From a virus: DNA of 64,000 nucleotides. The notes below the pieces were generated by a model, which had not been told where the DNA came from, did not search any database, and saw only the letters and a list, made by a program, of their open reading frames with translations. The position numbers and the translations under genes were made by a program. Each line of letters begins with the position of its first letter. The stretch's first letter is position 1. Of the stretch, positions 45,722 through 55,722 are shown piece after piece. The DNA lies in IMG/VR virus record IMGVR_UViG_3300045988_123906. One strand, given 5' to 3'.

Positions 45722-45923
45722 GAAGTGGCTTTTTGAAAGGTATCGACAAGCATTACGAGAAATCACCATCGCCCAAAATCATTTTGAGTGTTGCGAGTCT
45801 GATTATATCGATTGCGCAATTGATGATCTCGTTCACGCTGAGAAAGCTTTCGATCGAATCTTAAAGGAGATTCGCAATGAAAAATTGGACACGTCGATAT
45901 CTGAAACTTCATTATCAAGATGA
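45711..45923 (+). CDS. hypothetical protein
   Basis: 70-aa ORF overlapping its neighbours by a few codons, operon-like. Confidence 0.4.
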   Translation: MNNEKWLFERYRQALREITIAQNHFECCESDYIDCAIDDLVHAEKAFDRILKEIRNEKLDTSISETSLSR

Positions 45924-46080
45924 ATCTCTCTGTTGGCGGCTTCGCTATGGAGAACGCTTCGAAATCGTCGCAGAACTGGATGAATTTTATTTCCTCTGGG
46001 CACATGGCACGATGATTGCATTCCCCAAGTATGGCAAGTACGCATACGACATTGAAACAGAGATCGTAAATACCGAATAA
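45877..46080 (+). CDS. hypothetical protein
   Basis: 67-aa ORF. AAGGAG lies upstream of ATG 45877. Confidence 0.4.
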   Translation: MKNWTRRYLKLHYQDESLCWRLRYGERFEIVAELDEFYFLWAHGTMIAFPKYGKYAYDIETEIVNTE

Positions 46081-46098
46081 GGAGGGAGGTGAGGTCCC

Positions 46099-46284
46099 AT
46101 GCGAGGGATCAATCAAAGAGAGCTTGGCCGTAAAGAACGTGCCACAGCAGAATGCGAGCGTCAGATTCGGCGCTACGGATATGAATGTGGCGAGGTTATT
46201 ACATATAAATTGTCGCCTGAACAAATGAAACAGGTTTTGACAGGCAGAAAAACAGTGAATGATTTTATCAAGGAGGGGCAGTAA
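46099..46284 (+). CDS. hypothetical protein
   Basis: 61-aa ORF with GGAGGGAGG RBS. Confidence 0.45.
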   Translation: MRGINQRELGRKERATAECERQIRRYGYECGEVITYKLSPEQMKQVLTGRKTVNDFIKEGQ

Positions 46285-46974
46285 ATGAAAGTCGAATTGA
46301 TTTCATATTCACAGCCGGCAAAGAAAGATGCAGACAAGAATCCGCTCAGTATCGCAGAGCTGGCCGCAAGCGTTTGTTATGATTCTGAGCCGACCGAGAC
46401 TTATCGAATCGCAAAGGGATGTAGGGCGACCGGACACACCTCGGTGCTTGAACACATCAGCTTTACGTTCCATGTCACCGGTGTCAGTCGAGCACTTCTG
46501 GCGCAGTTGAGCCGCCATCGGCATATCAGTCTGAGTGTTCGCAGTCAGCGCTATTGTGATGAAAGTGTTATGCAGTATGTCAATCCATTCAGTGGAGAAG
46601 ACGCAGATGTATTTGATGGCATGATGGCAGATATCGCCAATGACTATCGCATCTTAAAAGAGTATCACGGTGCTGCCAACGAAGACGCTCGTGCTGTTTT
46701 GCCGAATGCCTGCTGTACTGAACTTTATGTCACCATCAACGCACGGTCACTGATTGAAATGAGCCACCTGCGGCTCTGCACTCGTGCCCAGCGTGAGATC
46801 CGGGGATTGTTTATGGCAATCAAATTCCAGGTTTCTCAGGTTTGCCCCGAACTCGGCGCATGGATGGTTCCGTCCTGTGAAGCGAATCCTAAGTATCCGT
46901 TCTGTCCCGAGGGGAGCCGCTGCTGTGGCCGCCATCCGAAGCTGGCAGATGTTTATAAAACTATTGAGAAGTAA
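46285..46974 (+). CDS. thyX: flavin-dependent thymidylate synthase
   Basis: ThyX signature RHRHISLSVRSQRY (RHRxxSxxxxSxR). Confidence 0.85.
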   Translation: MKVELISYSQPAKKDADKNPLSIAELAASVCYDSEPTETYRIAKGCRATGHTSVLEHISFTFHVTGVSRALLAQLSRHRHISLSVRSQRYCDESVMQYVNPFSGEDADVFDGMMADIANDYRILKEYHGAANEDARAVLPNACCTELYVTINARSLIEMSHLRLCTRAQREIRGLFMAIKFQVSQVCPELGAWMVPSCEANPKYPFCPEGSRCCGRHPKLADVYKTIEK

Positions 46975-46985
46975 GGAGCGTACAT

Positions 46986-47966
46986 ATGAATAAGAAATCT
47001 GTTATAGATATCAATAATTGCGATATTCTGAATGAAAATGGTGTCCTACGTCTTGTCTACAATTTTAACAAATGCACTTCTCCTATGATCATGGTTAGGG
47101 CAAAATCTTATCATGAGTTCAATAAAAGTGGTATGTTTCTGTTTGGTGCAAAAACATGGGCCACTTATATTGTGCAGCTGAATATTGACGAGGAAGAACC
47201 CATTCTGCGCGGTCTACTGGCCGATATTTATCAGAATTATCACGACCTGTATGAGGAAGTCTTCCATGGAGCTGCTGAGGATGACGATACCCCTGATTGT
47301 GACTGTGAAGATTGCTGCGACGATGATGGTATTATTGATTATCTGACTCTTACCGATACTGGCCGTATGAGTGAAAAGGGGCACCATATTGGCCGTTTTG
47401 ACTTCGATAGCCTTGCAGAGCTTGATACTGACACTCTTCATATCTTGGCGAAGGCTTGTGATATCAAAAATTCTGAAGTTATGACTCGTGGAATCCTGCT
47501 TTTGAATTTACACAATCAGGACATCGATATTGATGATCATTGTTATTGCGACGATGACACCGACGACGATGAGGACGATATCAATGAGTGCAACGGCGAC
47601 TGTGAGAACTGTGAGTACACAGGGCTGGATGATCGTGATGAAGAGAGTGATGAAGACGACAGCTGTACCCGTGAAGCAGAAGAGCACTCCGAGTGGCCGC
47701 ACCCGATTGAAGAAGATACCAAGTCTGATTCTGTCGATTATGAGTATGTGGATGGTCCTGCTCACTATCATGGCACCGAGTGCATCGAAAATATGCGCAA
47801 GCTGTTTGGCGATGAGGCCGTCCGCTGGTTCTGTATTTGCAATGCCTACAAGTATCGCTTCCGTGATGGTTCTAAGCCCGGTGTGGCCGCAGAGCAGGAC
47901 GAGAAGAAGGCTCGTTGGTACGAAGATTATGCCGTGAAAATGATGAACGAACAGCGCTATTATTGA
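46986..47966 (+). CDS. acidic protein with C-terminal DUF3310-like domain
   Basis: PAHYHGTECIENM...NAYKYRFRDGSKPG...KKARWY resembles DUF3310. The N-terminal part is Asp/Glu/Cys-rich. Confidence 0.5.
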   Translation: MNKKSVIDINNCDILNENGVLRLVYNFNKCTSPMIMVRAKSYHEFNKSGMFLFGAKTWATYIVQLNIDEEEPILRGLLADIYQNYHDLYEEVFHGAAEDDDTPDCDCEDCCDDDGIIDYLTLTDTGRMSEKGHHIGRFDFDSLAELDTDTLHILAKACDIKNSEVMTRGILLLNLHNQDIDIDDHCYCDDDTDDDEDDINECNGDCENCEYTGLDDRDEESDEDDSCTREAEEHSEWPHPIEEDTKSDSVDYEYVDGPAHYHGTECIENMRKLFGDEAVRWFCICNAYKYRFRDGSKPGVAAEQDEKKARWYEDYAVKMMNEQRYY

Positions 47967-47983
47967 TTTGGAGGTGATGGAAT

Positions 47984-50440
47984 ATGGAGTATGTAATCAA
48001 ACGCAATGGCGTAAAAGCTCCGTTCGACAAGTCTAAGATCGTGAATGCAATCGAAAAGGCGATGAACGATTCTTCTGATTCTGTCAATCACGAATTGAGC
48101 AAGCAAATTGCAAATGAAATCGCAGCTATCAGCCAGCCAATGGATGTTGAAGCGATTCAGAATGCCGTGGAAAATCGACTGATGCAGAGCGGCCATTATG
48201 AAACTGCTCGCTGCTACATGAATTATCGCTATCTGCACGGAATTGCCCGTAATAAGTACAAAGAGCTGATGGACGCGGTCGATGAAAAGCTGATGGGAAA
48301 GAAGATCGACAATCAAAACGCCAATGTTGACGAAGCATCTTTCGGTGGTCGTACTGGCGAGATGAGCCGTGTGGTTTCTAAGCGTTATGCTCTGGATTAT
48401 TGTATGTCAGACCTCGCAAAGAAGAACCATGAGAACAATGAGATCTACACCCATGATCTCGATAACTATGCCGTCGGCGATCATAACTGTACGAGTTGCA
48501 ATATCGACAAGCATTTGGCTAATGGATTTAAGACTCGTCAGGTTGATATTCGACCGGCTCAATCAATCAATACAGCATATCAGCTTGTTGCGGTTCTATT
48601 TCAAATTCAGTCGCTCTCACAATTCGGCGGCATCTCGGCTACACACTTCGATTACAGCATGGTTCCGTATGTGAGAAAGAGCTTCACAAAGCATTTACAG
48701 GACGGTCTGGTTTACATCGAAAAGAAGTCACAGTACAAAGCTGATCGATTCAAAGAATGGCTCAAGCACGACGAAAATCGTCCTGACGGGACTATTCATT
48801 TTGATGATCCCTTTAAAGACATGCATCCTGATGCTTGGGAATATGCGATGGAAATGACCCGGCGGGAATGTAAACAAGCAACAGAAGGATTACTTCATAA
48901 CCTAAATTCATTACAATCCCGTTCAGGAAACCAGTTGCCTTTCAGTTCTATCAATTTTGGTCTCTGCACTGACGAAGAAGGGCGAATGGTTACGGAAGAG
49001 TTCTTGAATGGTTTAATTCGTGGCACGGGCAAGTATCACCGGACGAGTATTTTTCCATGTGCTATCTTTCAGATGAAGACCGGTGTGAATCGTAAACCGG
49101 GAGATCCGAACTACGATTTGTACCGACTGGCTTTGAAATCTACTGCGCAGCGACTATACCCAAATTACTGTAACTGTGACTGGAGCAATCAGAATGCAGC
49201 TGTTCAGTATGACCGCAAAGTCAAACAGGAAGTTCTGGATGCCTTAAGCCCAGAAGAAAAGAACCGTCTGTATGATGTTTTGTCTAAAAATAAAGACCTT
49301 GCCAATAAACTGTACATAGTCGCCTACAAGGGAGACATGATGATTAACAGAGAGTATGAGGCTCCATTTGAAGTCAGTAGCACTATGGGCTGCAGGACCT
49401 GGAATTCGTATGATGTTAACTTCAAGGAAGTGTATGCAGCCAACATTCAATCTGTAATTAAGACTGGTCAGTTACAGTTCGATGATTTACTGTCTGCTGC
49501 TCAGAAAGATGGTCGCGGCAATATTTGTCCTGTAACCATCATTCTTCCGACTCTGGCAATGGAAGCTAATCAGGCGGTTTCTGTACGAGATTATCACGAC
49601 TGCAGAGATACAGTTACAGAATTTATGAAGATCCTTGACCAGAAGTTGCATGAAGCAAAACAGATCTTAATTGAGCGGTTTGATTGGATCTGTTCACAGT
49701 CTCCTGCATCTGCAAAATTCATGTGGGACAACGGTGTGCTTTCTGGATATGACGGCGTTGACATTCGGTCTGCTATGAAGCATGGCACTCTGGCGATCGG
49801 TATGCTGGGCATGGCTGAAACACTTCAGATTCTGATTGGTAAGAACCAGCTTGATCCGTATGGTATGGAAGTTGCGAAAGAAATCTGCCAGCTGTATAAA
49901 GATCGGTGTGCAGAATTTAAGAACGATACATCGTTAAATTTTGGAGTGTACTTCACACCTGCAGAAAATCTTTGTTACACAGCTATGACAAAATTCAAAG
50001 CAAAGTACGGTGAAATCCCGAATGTGTCTGACAAAAAATTCTTCACGAACAGCGTACATGTCCCAGTATGGGAAGAGGTGACACCGTTTGAGAAGATTGA
50101 TATTGAGTCTCAGTTGGATTCGTATTCCAGTGCAGGTTGTATCCTGTATACAGAATTTGATGCAACAGTAAAACACAACTTGGATGCGCTTGAGACCGTT
50201 GTAAATTATGCTATGGATCACGATGTACCGTATTTTGCGGTCAATGTACCGAACGATACTTGTGTGGACTGCGGATACTGTGATGAAATTAACGACTCCT
50301 GCCCTCAGTGCGGAGGACGCAATATCGAACGCCTGCGTCGAGTCACCGGCTACATCACAGGCAATTACACTACTGCTTTCAATCTCGGTAAGCAGCAAGA
50401 GGTTGAATTGCGAGTCAAACACAACCGTGTGATTCATTGA
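47984..50440 (+). CDS. nrdD: anaerobic ribonucleoside-triphosphate reductase
   Basis: N-terminal ATP-cone (VIKRNGVKAPFDKSKI), C-terminal Zn ribbon CVDCGY..CPQCG, and the glycyl-radical site RRVTGYITG. Confidence 0.85.
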   Translation: MEYVIKRNGVKAPFDKSKIVNAIEKAMNDSSDSVNHELSKQIANEIAAISQPMDVEAIQNAVENRLMQSGHYETARCYMNYRYLHGIARNKYKELMDAVDEKLMGKKIDNQNANVDEASFGGRTGEMSRVVSKRYALDYCMSDLAKKNHENNEIYTHDLDNYAVGDHNCTSCNIDKHLANGFKTRQVDIRPAQSINTAYQLVAVLFQIQSLSQFGGISATHFDYSMVPYVRKSFTKHLQDGLVYIEKKSQYKADRFKEWLKHDENRPDGTIHFDDPFKDMHPDAWEYAMEMTRRECKQATEGLLHNLNSLQSRSGNQLPFSSINFGLCTDEEGRMVTEEFLNGLIRGTGKYHRTSIFPCAIFQMKTGVNRKPGDPNYDLYRLALKSTAQRLYPNYCNCDWSNQNAAVQYDRKVKQEVLDALSPEEKNRLYDVLSKNKDLANKLYIVAYKGDMMINREYEAPFEVSSTMGCRTWNSYDVNFKEVYAANIQSVIKTGQLQFDDLLSAAQKDGRGNICPVTIILPTLAMEANQAVSVRDYHDCRDTVTEFMKILDQKLHEAKQILIERFDWICSQSPASAKFMWDNGVLSGYDGVDIRSAMKHGTLAIGMLGMAETLQILIGKNQLDPYGMEVAKEICQLYKDRCAEFKNDTSLNFGVYFTPAENLCYTAMTKFKAKYGEIPNVSDKKFFTNSVHVPVWEEVTPFEKIDIESQLDSYSSAGCILYTEFDATVKHNLDALETVVNYAMDHDVPYFAVNVPNDTCVDCGYCDEINDSCPQCGGRNIERLRRVTGYITGNYTTAFNLGKQQEVELRVKHNRVIH

Positions 50441-50467
50441 TAATTAAAGAAAGGCAGGTGATATCGC

Positions 50468-50650
50468 ATGAATGATATTGCAAAATTCATTTCGGGTTTT
50501 CTTGGTTTTATTCTGTCGTGGTTCATTACGACTGTTGTGTTATATGGCGGTTGGAAGCTGCTTGGGCCAGATTTTAATCTATGGGCAGCAACTGGTATTT
50601 GGCTGGTGCTGCTTATCTTTGGCAGATCTGCGAACAGTAAGAAGCAGTAA
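50468..50650 (+). CDS. small two-TM membrane protein
   Basis: Hydrophobic 60-aa ORF with GGCAGGTG RBS. Confidence 0.45.
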   Translation: MNDIAKFISGFLGFILSWFITTVVLYGGWKLLGPDFNLWAATGIWLVLLIFGRSANSKKQ

Positions 50651-50689
50651 ATAAATCAAGTAAGGGTGGGAGTGGTGGCATGAGAGGAT

Positions 50690-51196
50690 GTGAAACAAGT
50701 GAACTACATGAAAATAGTCCCGTGTGATATAGCGAACGGCGAAGGTGTGCGCGTAAGTCTTTTCGTTTCGGGTTGCAGTCATCATTGTCCTGGCTGTCAT
50801 AATCCACAGACATGGGATCAAAATGCAGGTGTTCCGTTCATTGAAGATACCATGCAACAGCTGCTTGATCTACTTCGCCCCGATTACATTCAAGGGCTAA
50901 CATTCAGCGGAGGAGACCCCCTCTTTGTTCAGAATCGACTTATCGTTGGTTATATCTGCGAGAGAGTTCGCAAAGAATTCGGTGACACCAAGGATATTTG
51001 GATGTGGACTGGATACGAGTGGGACCAAATCAAAGACTGGGATCATTTGAATTATGTGGATGTTTTGGTGGATGGCCCATATATCGAAACTCAGCGCGAT
51101 ATTTCATTGTCGTGGGCTGGCAGCAACAATCAAAGAGTGATCGATGTCAAACGGAGCTTGAAAAAGAACGAAGTCGTATTATGGAAGGAGAACTAA
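50690..51196 (+). CDS. nrdG: anaerobic RNR activating enzyme (radical SAM)
   Basis: NYMKIVPCDIANGEGVRVSLFVSGCSHHCPGCHNPQTW aligns with the NrdG N-terminus and its CxxxCxxC cluster. Start is GTG 50690/50699 or ATG 50708. Confidence 0.8.
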   Translation: MKQVNYMKIVPCDIANGEGVRVSLFVSGCSHHCPGCHNPQTWDQNAGVPFIEDTMQQLLDLLRPDYIQGLTFSGGDPLFVQNRLIVGYICERVRKEFGDTKDIWMWTGYEWDQIKDWDHLNYVDVLVDGPYIETQRDISLSWAGSNNQRVIDVKRSLKKNEVVLWKEN

Positions 51197-51197
51197 T

Positions 51198-51674
51198 ATG
51201 AACCCTATTGTAAAAGTAAACAAGATCTATCCTGACGCTCACATCCCTACTTATGGCACTGAGAAGGCCGCCTGTGCTGATGTTTACGCTTATATCCCAG
51301 CAGATCAGGCAGACCTGTATGACGAGCATGGTAACCCTATTATTTACATCCGTCCGCATGAGACCCGTATGATCGGTACCGGCCTGCGTTTTGCTCCTGC
51401 TGATGGTTGGGCTATCCTCGGATTTGCCCGCAGCGGTCTGGCATCTAAGAAGGGTCTGGCACCTGCGAACAAAGTTGGCGTGTTGGACGAGGATTATCGT
51501 GGCCAGGCTTTTATTCCTTTGCACAATCACTCTGATATGTCTCAGGAAATCGTCCATGGTGACCGTATCGCACAGTTCATGTTCGTTCCGTATTATCAGG
51601 CACAGTTCGATGTTGTCGAAGTACTAGATGAAACTGAGCGTGGTGATAATGGCTTCGGAAGCACTGGTGTTTAA
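51198..51674 (+). CDS. dut: dUTPase
   Basis: Motifs ARSGLASKKG, GVLDEDYRG, ERGDNGFGSTG. Confidence 0.85.
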   Translation: MNPIVKVNKIYPDAHIPTYGTEKAACADVYAYIPADQADLYDEHGNPIIYIRPHETRMIGTGLRFAPADGWAILGFARSGLASKKGLAPANKVGVLDEDYRGQAFIPLHNHSDMSQEIVHGDRIAQFMFVPYYQAQFDVVEVLDETERGDNGFGSTGV

Positions 51675-51687
51675 CAATTAAGGAGTA

Positions 51688-51990
51688 TTGCTTATGCGAT
51701 GTAGTTTTGGATATACAGTTAAATCCCCATATGTAGAAAGACGTGTTAAATACTATGATGAAAATGGTATCTATGACGAATCGGTACAAAGTGATGACGA
51801 ATTGATTGTTATTGGGGAAAAGCTAAGAAATGGTGGTTATAGATATAACGAAGAACTTGGGAAAGCAGAGACGGCCATGTTCGAGACAGAACCAAACAAT
51901 CTGCAATACAAAGAAATTCTTGCAAGATTAAATCGTGTTCGTGACAAATACGGTATCAAACACTGGGATGAAAAGGAGCGGGTGATGTAA
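51688..51990 (+). CDS. hypothetical protein
   Basis: 100-aa ORF with AAGGAG RBS. Confidence 0.5.
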   Translation: MLMRCSFGYTVKSPYVERRVKYYDENGIYDESVQSDDELIVIGEKLRNGGYRYNEELGKAETAMFETEPNNLQYKEILARLNRVRDKYGIKHWDEKERVM

Positions 51991-51991
51991 A

Positions 51992-52375
51992 ATGTTCTGG
52001 GATAAATCAGAAGAAAAGCCGTCAGAAGAACCTGAAAAGGCAGAAGAAGTCAAAGAGCAAAGACAATTTGAACCATATAGATGCTGGACTGTCTATGTCA
52101 ACTATTGTCTAAGAAATGGCACAGATCATAGCTTTTCAGCTGACTATGAAAATTCCGATTATCGCGATAAAATGAGCCACAAAGAGGCTGGAGAAGCTAT
52201 GGAATCGGATGCAACCAAAAAGAAAGAAGAAATAGAAGCACTGGTTGAAGAAAATCTTGGGCAGGAAACTGGCTGGATTAAACTCGGGTCGAACTATATT
52301 GCCAATCGAGATCTTGCAACAGTATCAGTGCAGCTCATAAAAAGTACAAGCGGAGCTTTTGATTGGAGAGACTAA
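51992..52375 (+). CDS. hypothetical protein
   Basis: 127-aa ORF directly after the upstream stop. Confidence 0.5.
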   Translation: MFWDKSEEKPSEEPEKAEEVKEQRQFEPYRCWTVYVNYCLRNGTDHSFSADYENSDYRDKMSHKEAGEAMESDATKKKEEIEALVEENLGQETGWIKLGSNYIANRDLATVSVQLIKSTSGAFDWRD

Positions 52376-52680
52376 TGAACGATTTGATTCAAATGCCGAA
52401 AGGCGATTACATTATGAAGGACGCAGTTCGTGTTGATACTGGCGAAACTCGTACTGACGGATGGTATCCGGAATGGATCGGTATGACAATGCAGTTCCGT
52501 CCAATTCCTGTCGGCTGGATTGCTCAGTTCCGATATGTAAAAGACAATGAGGGTTATCCGTATCCAGGTGGGATGCATACATCTCCCGTTACTTCTGTCT
52601 CGATTACAGAAGATGAAAAAATTGTCAAAATTGAAACAGCACATACGATTTATACGTTTGAAAAAGTTAAGGAGGACTAA
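52375..52680 (+). CDS. hypothetical protein
   Basis: TAATG overlap. 101 aa. Confidence 0.5.
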   Translation: MNDLIQMPKGDYIMKDAVRVDTGETRTDGWYPEWIGMTMQFRPIPVGWIAQFRYVKDNEGYPYPGGMHTSPVTSVSITEDEKIVKIETAHTIYTFEKVKED

Positions 52681-52683
52681 ATT

Positions 52684-53010
52684 ATGGCTAAGTATTTTTA
52701 TGTTTATCACGTTAATGATGGCACCACTGATCGTATCGTAAAGATGTTCAACACCGACTCTGTTGTCAACGGTAAGAGGGGTACTTATATCGCTGAGAAA
52801 AAGGTTGCATCCAGTGATCTGCAGGGTTTTACCAGTGGCATCAAGGCGGCAGGTTTTCAGCTGAATCAGGAGCTCGCAAATGCTGATACTGCCGAACAGG
52901 AAGCAAAGCGAATTCTGGCTGCTAAGATGGCCGATTATCATGCCGCACGCGACGCATATGCCGAGGCGGCAGACAATCTGAAAAAGGTAAACGCCAAGTT
53001 TGGTATCTGA
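52684..53010 (+). CDS. hypothetical protein
   Basis: 108-aa ORF with AAGGAGGA RBS. Confidence 0.5.
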   Translation: MAKYFYVYHVNDGTTDRIVKMFNTDSVVNGKRGTYIAEKKVASSDLQGFTSGIKAAGFQLNQELANADTAEQEAKRILAAKMADYHAARDAYAEAADNLKKVNAKFGI

Positions 53011-53046
53011 TACATAATCGTAGTGGTGGGTGGGAGGAATAAAAAT

Positions 53047-53319
53047 ATGAATATTGTAAAACACGGAACGAGTCAGACAAAAGATTCTGAGAAAATATAT
53101 AAAGTAACTTGTGACTCTTGTGGCTGTGTATTTGAAGCTAAAAGATCTGAATTTCATGTATGGCCTTTGCCGGCACGACCTGTTAGTGAAACGGTAAGAA
53201 ATTATGATAATACAGGGCGTCCGGCAGAGATCCAATGTCCTGAGTGCAAATGCACTTGTGGAATTAGAATGAGATTGCTTGCAAGAGAATCCGCCTTTTT
53301 ACATGCATATTGTAGGTGA
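53047..53319 (+). CDS. zinc-ribbon hypothetical protein
   Basis: CDSCGC...CPECKC. GGGAGGA RBS before ATG 53047. Confidence 0.45.
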   Translation: MNIVKHGTSQTKDSEKIYKVTCDSCGCVFEAKRSEFHVWPLPARPVSETVRNYDNTGRPAEIQCPECKCTCGIRMRLLARESAFLHAYCR

Positions 53320-53336
53320 TAGAAGGAGTAAAGAAC

Positions 53337-53672
53337 ATGACTTATACACTTATGTCTGTTCCAGAAGATAAAGAAGTCTGGTGCACTGGATTTCGATTTG
53401 ATGATACGAAGGCCGGCATCAATTGCAAGCCGGTACAAGGATCTATTCATAATAAGGATTATTGGAACTCGAAGTTTAAAACAAAGAATCGCACAATCAG
53501 CGTGAATACAAATCAATCGTATTATGCATTTGCTGATACTTACGAAGAGGCTGCACATATTTATAATGAGATGATAAATACATTTCTTGTTGAGCTTGAT
53601 AATAGATACCACAAAATTGCAAGCTCATTAGAGGGCTGCTATTTATCGAATGATCGCGGCGTGATGTTTTAA
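53337..53672 (+). CDS. hypothetical protein
   Basis: GAAGGAG RBS then ATG 53337. 111 aa. Confidence 0.5.
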   Translation: MTYTLMSVPEDKEVWCTGFRFDDTKAGINCKPVQGSIHNKDYWNSKFKTKNRTISVNTNQSYYAFADTYEEAAHIYNEMINTFLVELDNRYHKIASSLEGCYLSNDRGVMF

Positions 53673-53724
53673 GAGGTACAGAATTATGATTGAAGAATTG
53701 CGATTTTAAAGAAAGGAGAATTTG

Positions 53725-54660
53725 ATGCTTGTAAAAGATTACGGCGGTGAAATCGATTGGAACATTGGTGCGTTCTGCGGCCATGATGAAATGATGTTTG
53801 ATATTGACAAAGCTTGTAAAATGGCTTGTGAGAAAAATGGCATCAGATATGTGTTTGGAAGTATATCCACAATCCTGCAGGGTGGTCGTATCCCACCACA
53901 GAAAAATCTGCCTATGTCAGAAGTTCTGTCCAGAGCAGATAAATATAATGAACTTGGTATTGGAGTTCGTTTGACATTCTCAAGCCCGTTTGTTACACGT
54001 GGCGATCTCGTTGATGAAACTTCAAATATTATGTTGCGGCACCTCGATCATAATAATCAAAATGGTCTTACAAACCGTAACGGCGTTATTGTTATGTCCG
54101 ATTTACTGGCTGATTATATTCGCTATATGTATCCCAATCTTGAGCTGATTTCTTCGCAAGTAAAACCATCCGTCGAAGTCGGCCTTGGGAATGATTCTGC
54201 TGAATATTATAATCGTCTGCTTGACCGTTTTGATATTGTCGTTGTGAATCCATTTAAGATCCATGACGAGCAGTTTATTAAGAATTTACATGACCATGAT
54301 CGAGTAGAATTTATTGTCAATCACCGGTGTCTGCCGAATTGTCCCATGGCTGGCCGTCACTATCAGCTGAATACAAAGCTGGGTCAGGCTATTGTTAATG
54401 GTGATGATATTACGGAGCTGCAAAATCAGTTGGCGATAGTATATAACTATTGCGGCTCTACTCGAAACAGCAATCCTCTTCTTGGCACATCTATGAATGA
54501 AGATGAAATCAAAATGCTGGTTTCACAGGGATTTAAGCATTTTAAAATCGAAGGTCGAGAAAATAATATCATCTCGTTTGTGCGTGACCTTGGCGACTAT
54601 GTTTTTAATCACGAAATGTTTGAGCGAGTCGTTCATGCCATTGCCGGTATGATGTTGTAA
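53725..54660 (+). CDS. TIM-barrel-like protein with weak peptidase-U32-family resemblance (tentative)
   Basis: VEFIVNHRCLPNCPMAG loosely matches the U32 signature E-x-F-x-H-G-x-x-C..C. The order of other blocks (IGVRLTF, LELISSQ) is similar. Judged from memory only. Confidence 0.3.
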   Translation: MLVKDYGGEIDWNIGAFCGHDEMMFDIDKACKMACEKNGIRYVFGSISTILQGGRIPPQKNLPMSEVLSRADKYNELGIGVRLTFSSPFVTRGDLVDETSNIMLRHLDHNNQNGLTNRNGVIVMSDLLADYIRYMYPNLELISSQVKPSVEVGLGNDSAEYYNRLLDRFDIVVVNPFKIHDEQFIKNLHDHDRVEFIVNHRCLPNCPMAGRHYQLNTKLGQAIVNGDDITELQNQLAIVYNYCGSTRNSNPLLGTSMNEDEIKMLVSQGFKHFKIEGRENNIISFVRDLGDYVFNHEMFERVVHAIAGMML

Positions 54661-54671
54661 GGAGGTTCACA

Positions 54672-55499
54672 ATGATTATTGACTGTAGATCTATCGCACA
54701 AGATATCAAAGATAAAATCAAGAATATTATTGCAGAAGATGACTATGCTCCTATTTTACATATTTATCAAGTAGGGGACAACCCTGCATCCAACGCTTAT
54801 ATTAAAGGTAAATTACGTGACTGTGAAGAGGTGGGAATCGAAGCAAACCTTATCAAACTGCCAGAAAATATTACGGAGGATGAATTAAATAATAGGATAC
54901 TGGAAGATTATAATTGGGAAGATGTGGACGGTATCATTGTCCAGCTCCCGCTGCCAAAACATATCGATCCTAAAAATATTTGTATTCCAGATGAACTTGA
55001 CGTTGATGGTTTTAATTCTACATCACCATTTCAGCCTTGCACTCCGCTTGGCGTTATGAAGATTTTTGATTCCATCGGTTACAATCTGGATGGCAAGAAT
55101 GTACTTGTGTGCGGGCAGTCTGATATCGTTGGTCGTCCGCTGGTTGATATGCTGATTAAGCGCCATTGCAATGTGATTTCTGTGAATAGCAGCGGAAGTT
55201 TTATGAAGTGCACGGCTCTTGCAATGGATATGGTCGATGTGATCATCTCTGCAGTCGGAAAACGTAATTTCATCACACCGCTTGGTATTGATCGAGTCGA
55301 GGTCTGTATTGATGTCGGCATCAATTACGACGAGAACGGAAAGCAACATGGCGACTGTTCTGACGCTGTTTATAATATGGATGGTATCAAAGTTACACCT
55401 CGTATCGGCGGTGTCGGCCTGATGACCAGGGCGATGCTACTTTACAATGTATGTGTGGCAAAGTATGGGGAAGAGAAGATGGAGATGGTGACTGAATGA
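54672..55499 (+). CDS. folD: bifunctional methylene-THF dehydrogenase/methenyl-THF cyclohydrolase
   Basis: VGDNPASNAYIKGKLRDCEEVGI, IVQLPLPKHID, FQPCTPLGV, VCGQSDIVGRPL are typical FolD blocks. Confidence 0.85.
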   Translation: MIIDCRSIAQDIKDKIKNIIAEDDYAPILHIYQVGDNPASNAYIKGKLRDCEEVGIEANLIKLPENITEDELNNRILEDYNWEDVDGIIVQLPLPKHIDPKNICIPDELDVDGFNSTSPFQPCTPLGVMKIFDSIGYNLDGKNVLVCGQSDIVGRPLVDMLIKRHCNVISVNSSGSFMKCTALAMDMVDVIISAVGKRNFITPLGIDRVEVCIDVGINYDENGKQHGDCSDAVYNMDGIKVTPRIGGVGLMTRAMLLYNVCVAKYGEEKMEMVTE

Positions 55500-55717
55500 A
55501 AGAACAGACTATTCCAATTGACCAACAGCTTGTATATAACGTAGAAGAAGTAGCGACACTCTTGAAAACCACGCGCCCTGTGGTATACTCTTTAATAGAA
55601 AAGGGCTATTTGCCAAGTATCGTGTTGGGTCGTCGTAAAGTAACCCGTAAAGCACTTCTTGAGTTTCTTGATAAGAATGCCAACACTGACTTTGGAGAAC
55701 TTTTAAGAGCCGGTTGA
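55496..55717 (+). CDS. xis: excisionase-family HTH DNA-binding protein
   Basis: YNVEEVATLLKTTRPVVYSLIEKGYLPSIVLGRRKV (MerR/Xis-type HTH), next to attP and int. Confidence 0.7.
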   Translation: MKEQTIPIDQQLVYNVEEVATLLKTTRPVVYSLIEKGYLPSIVLGRRKVTRKALLEFLDKNANTDFGELLRAG

Positions 55718-55722
55718 TTGGC

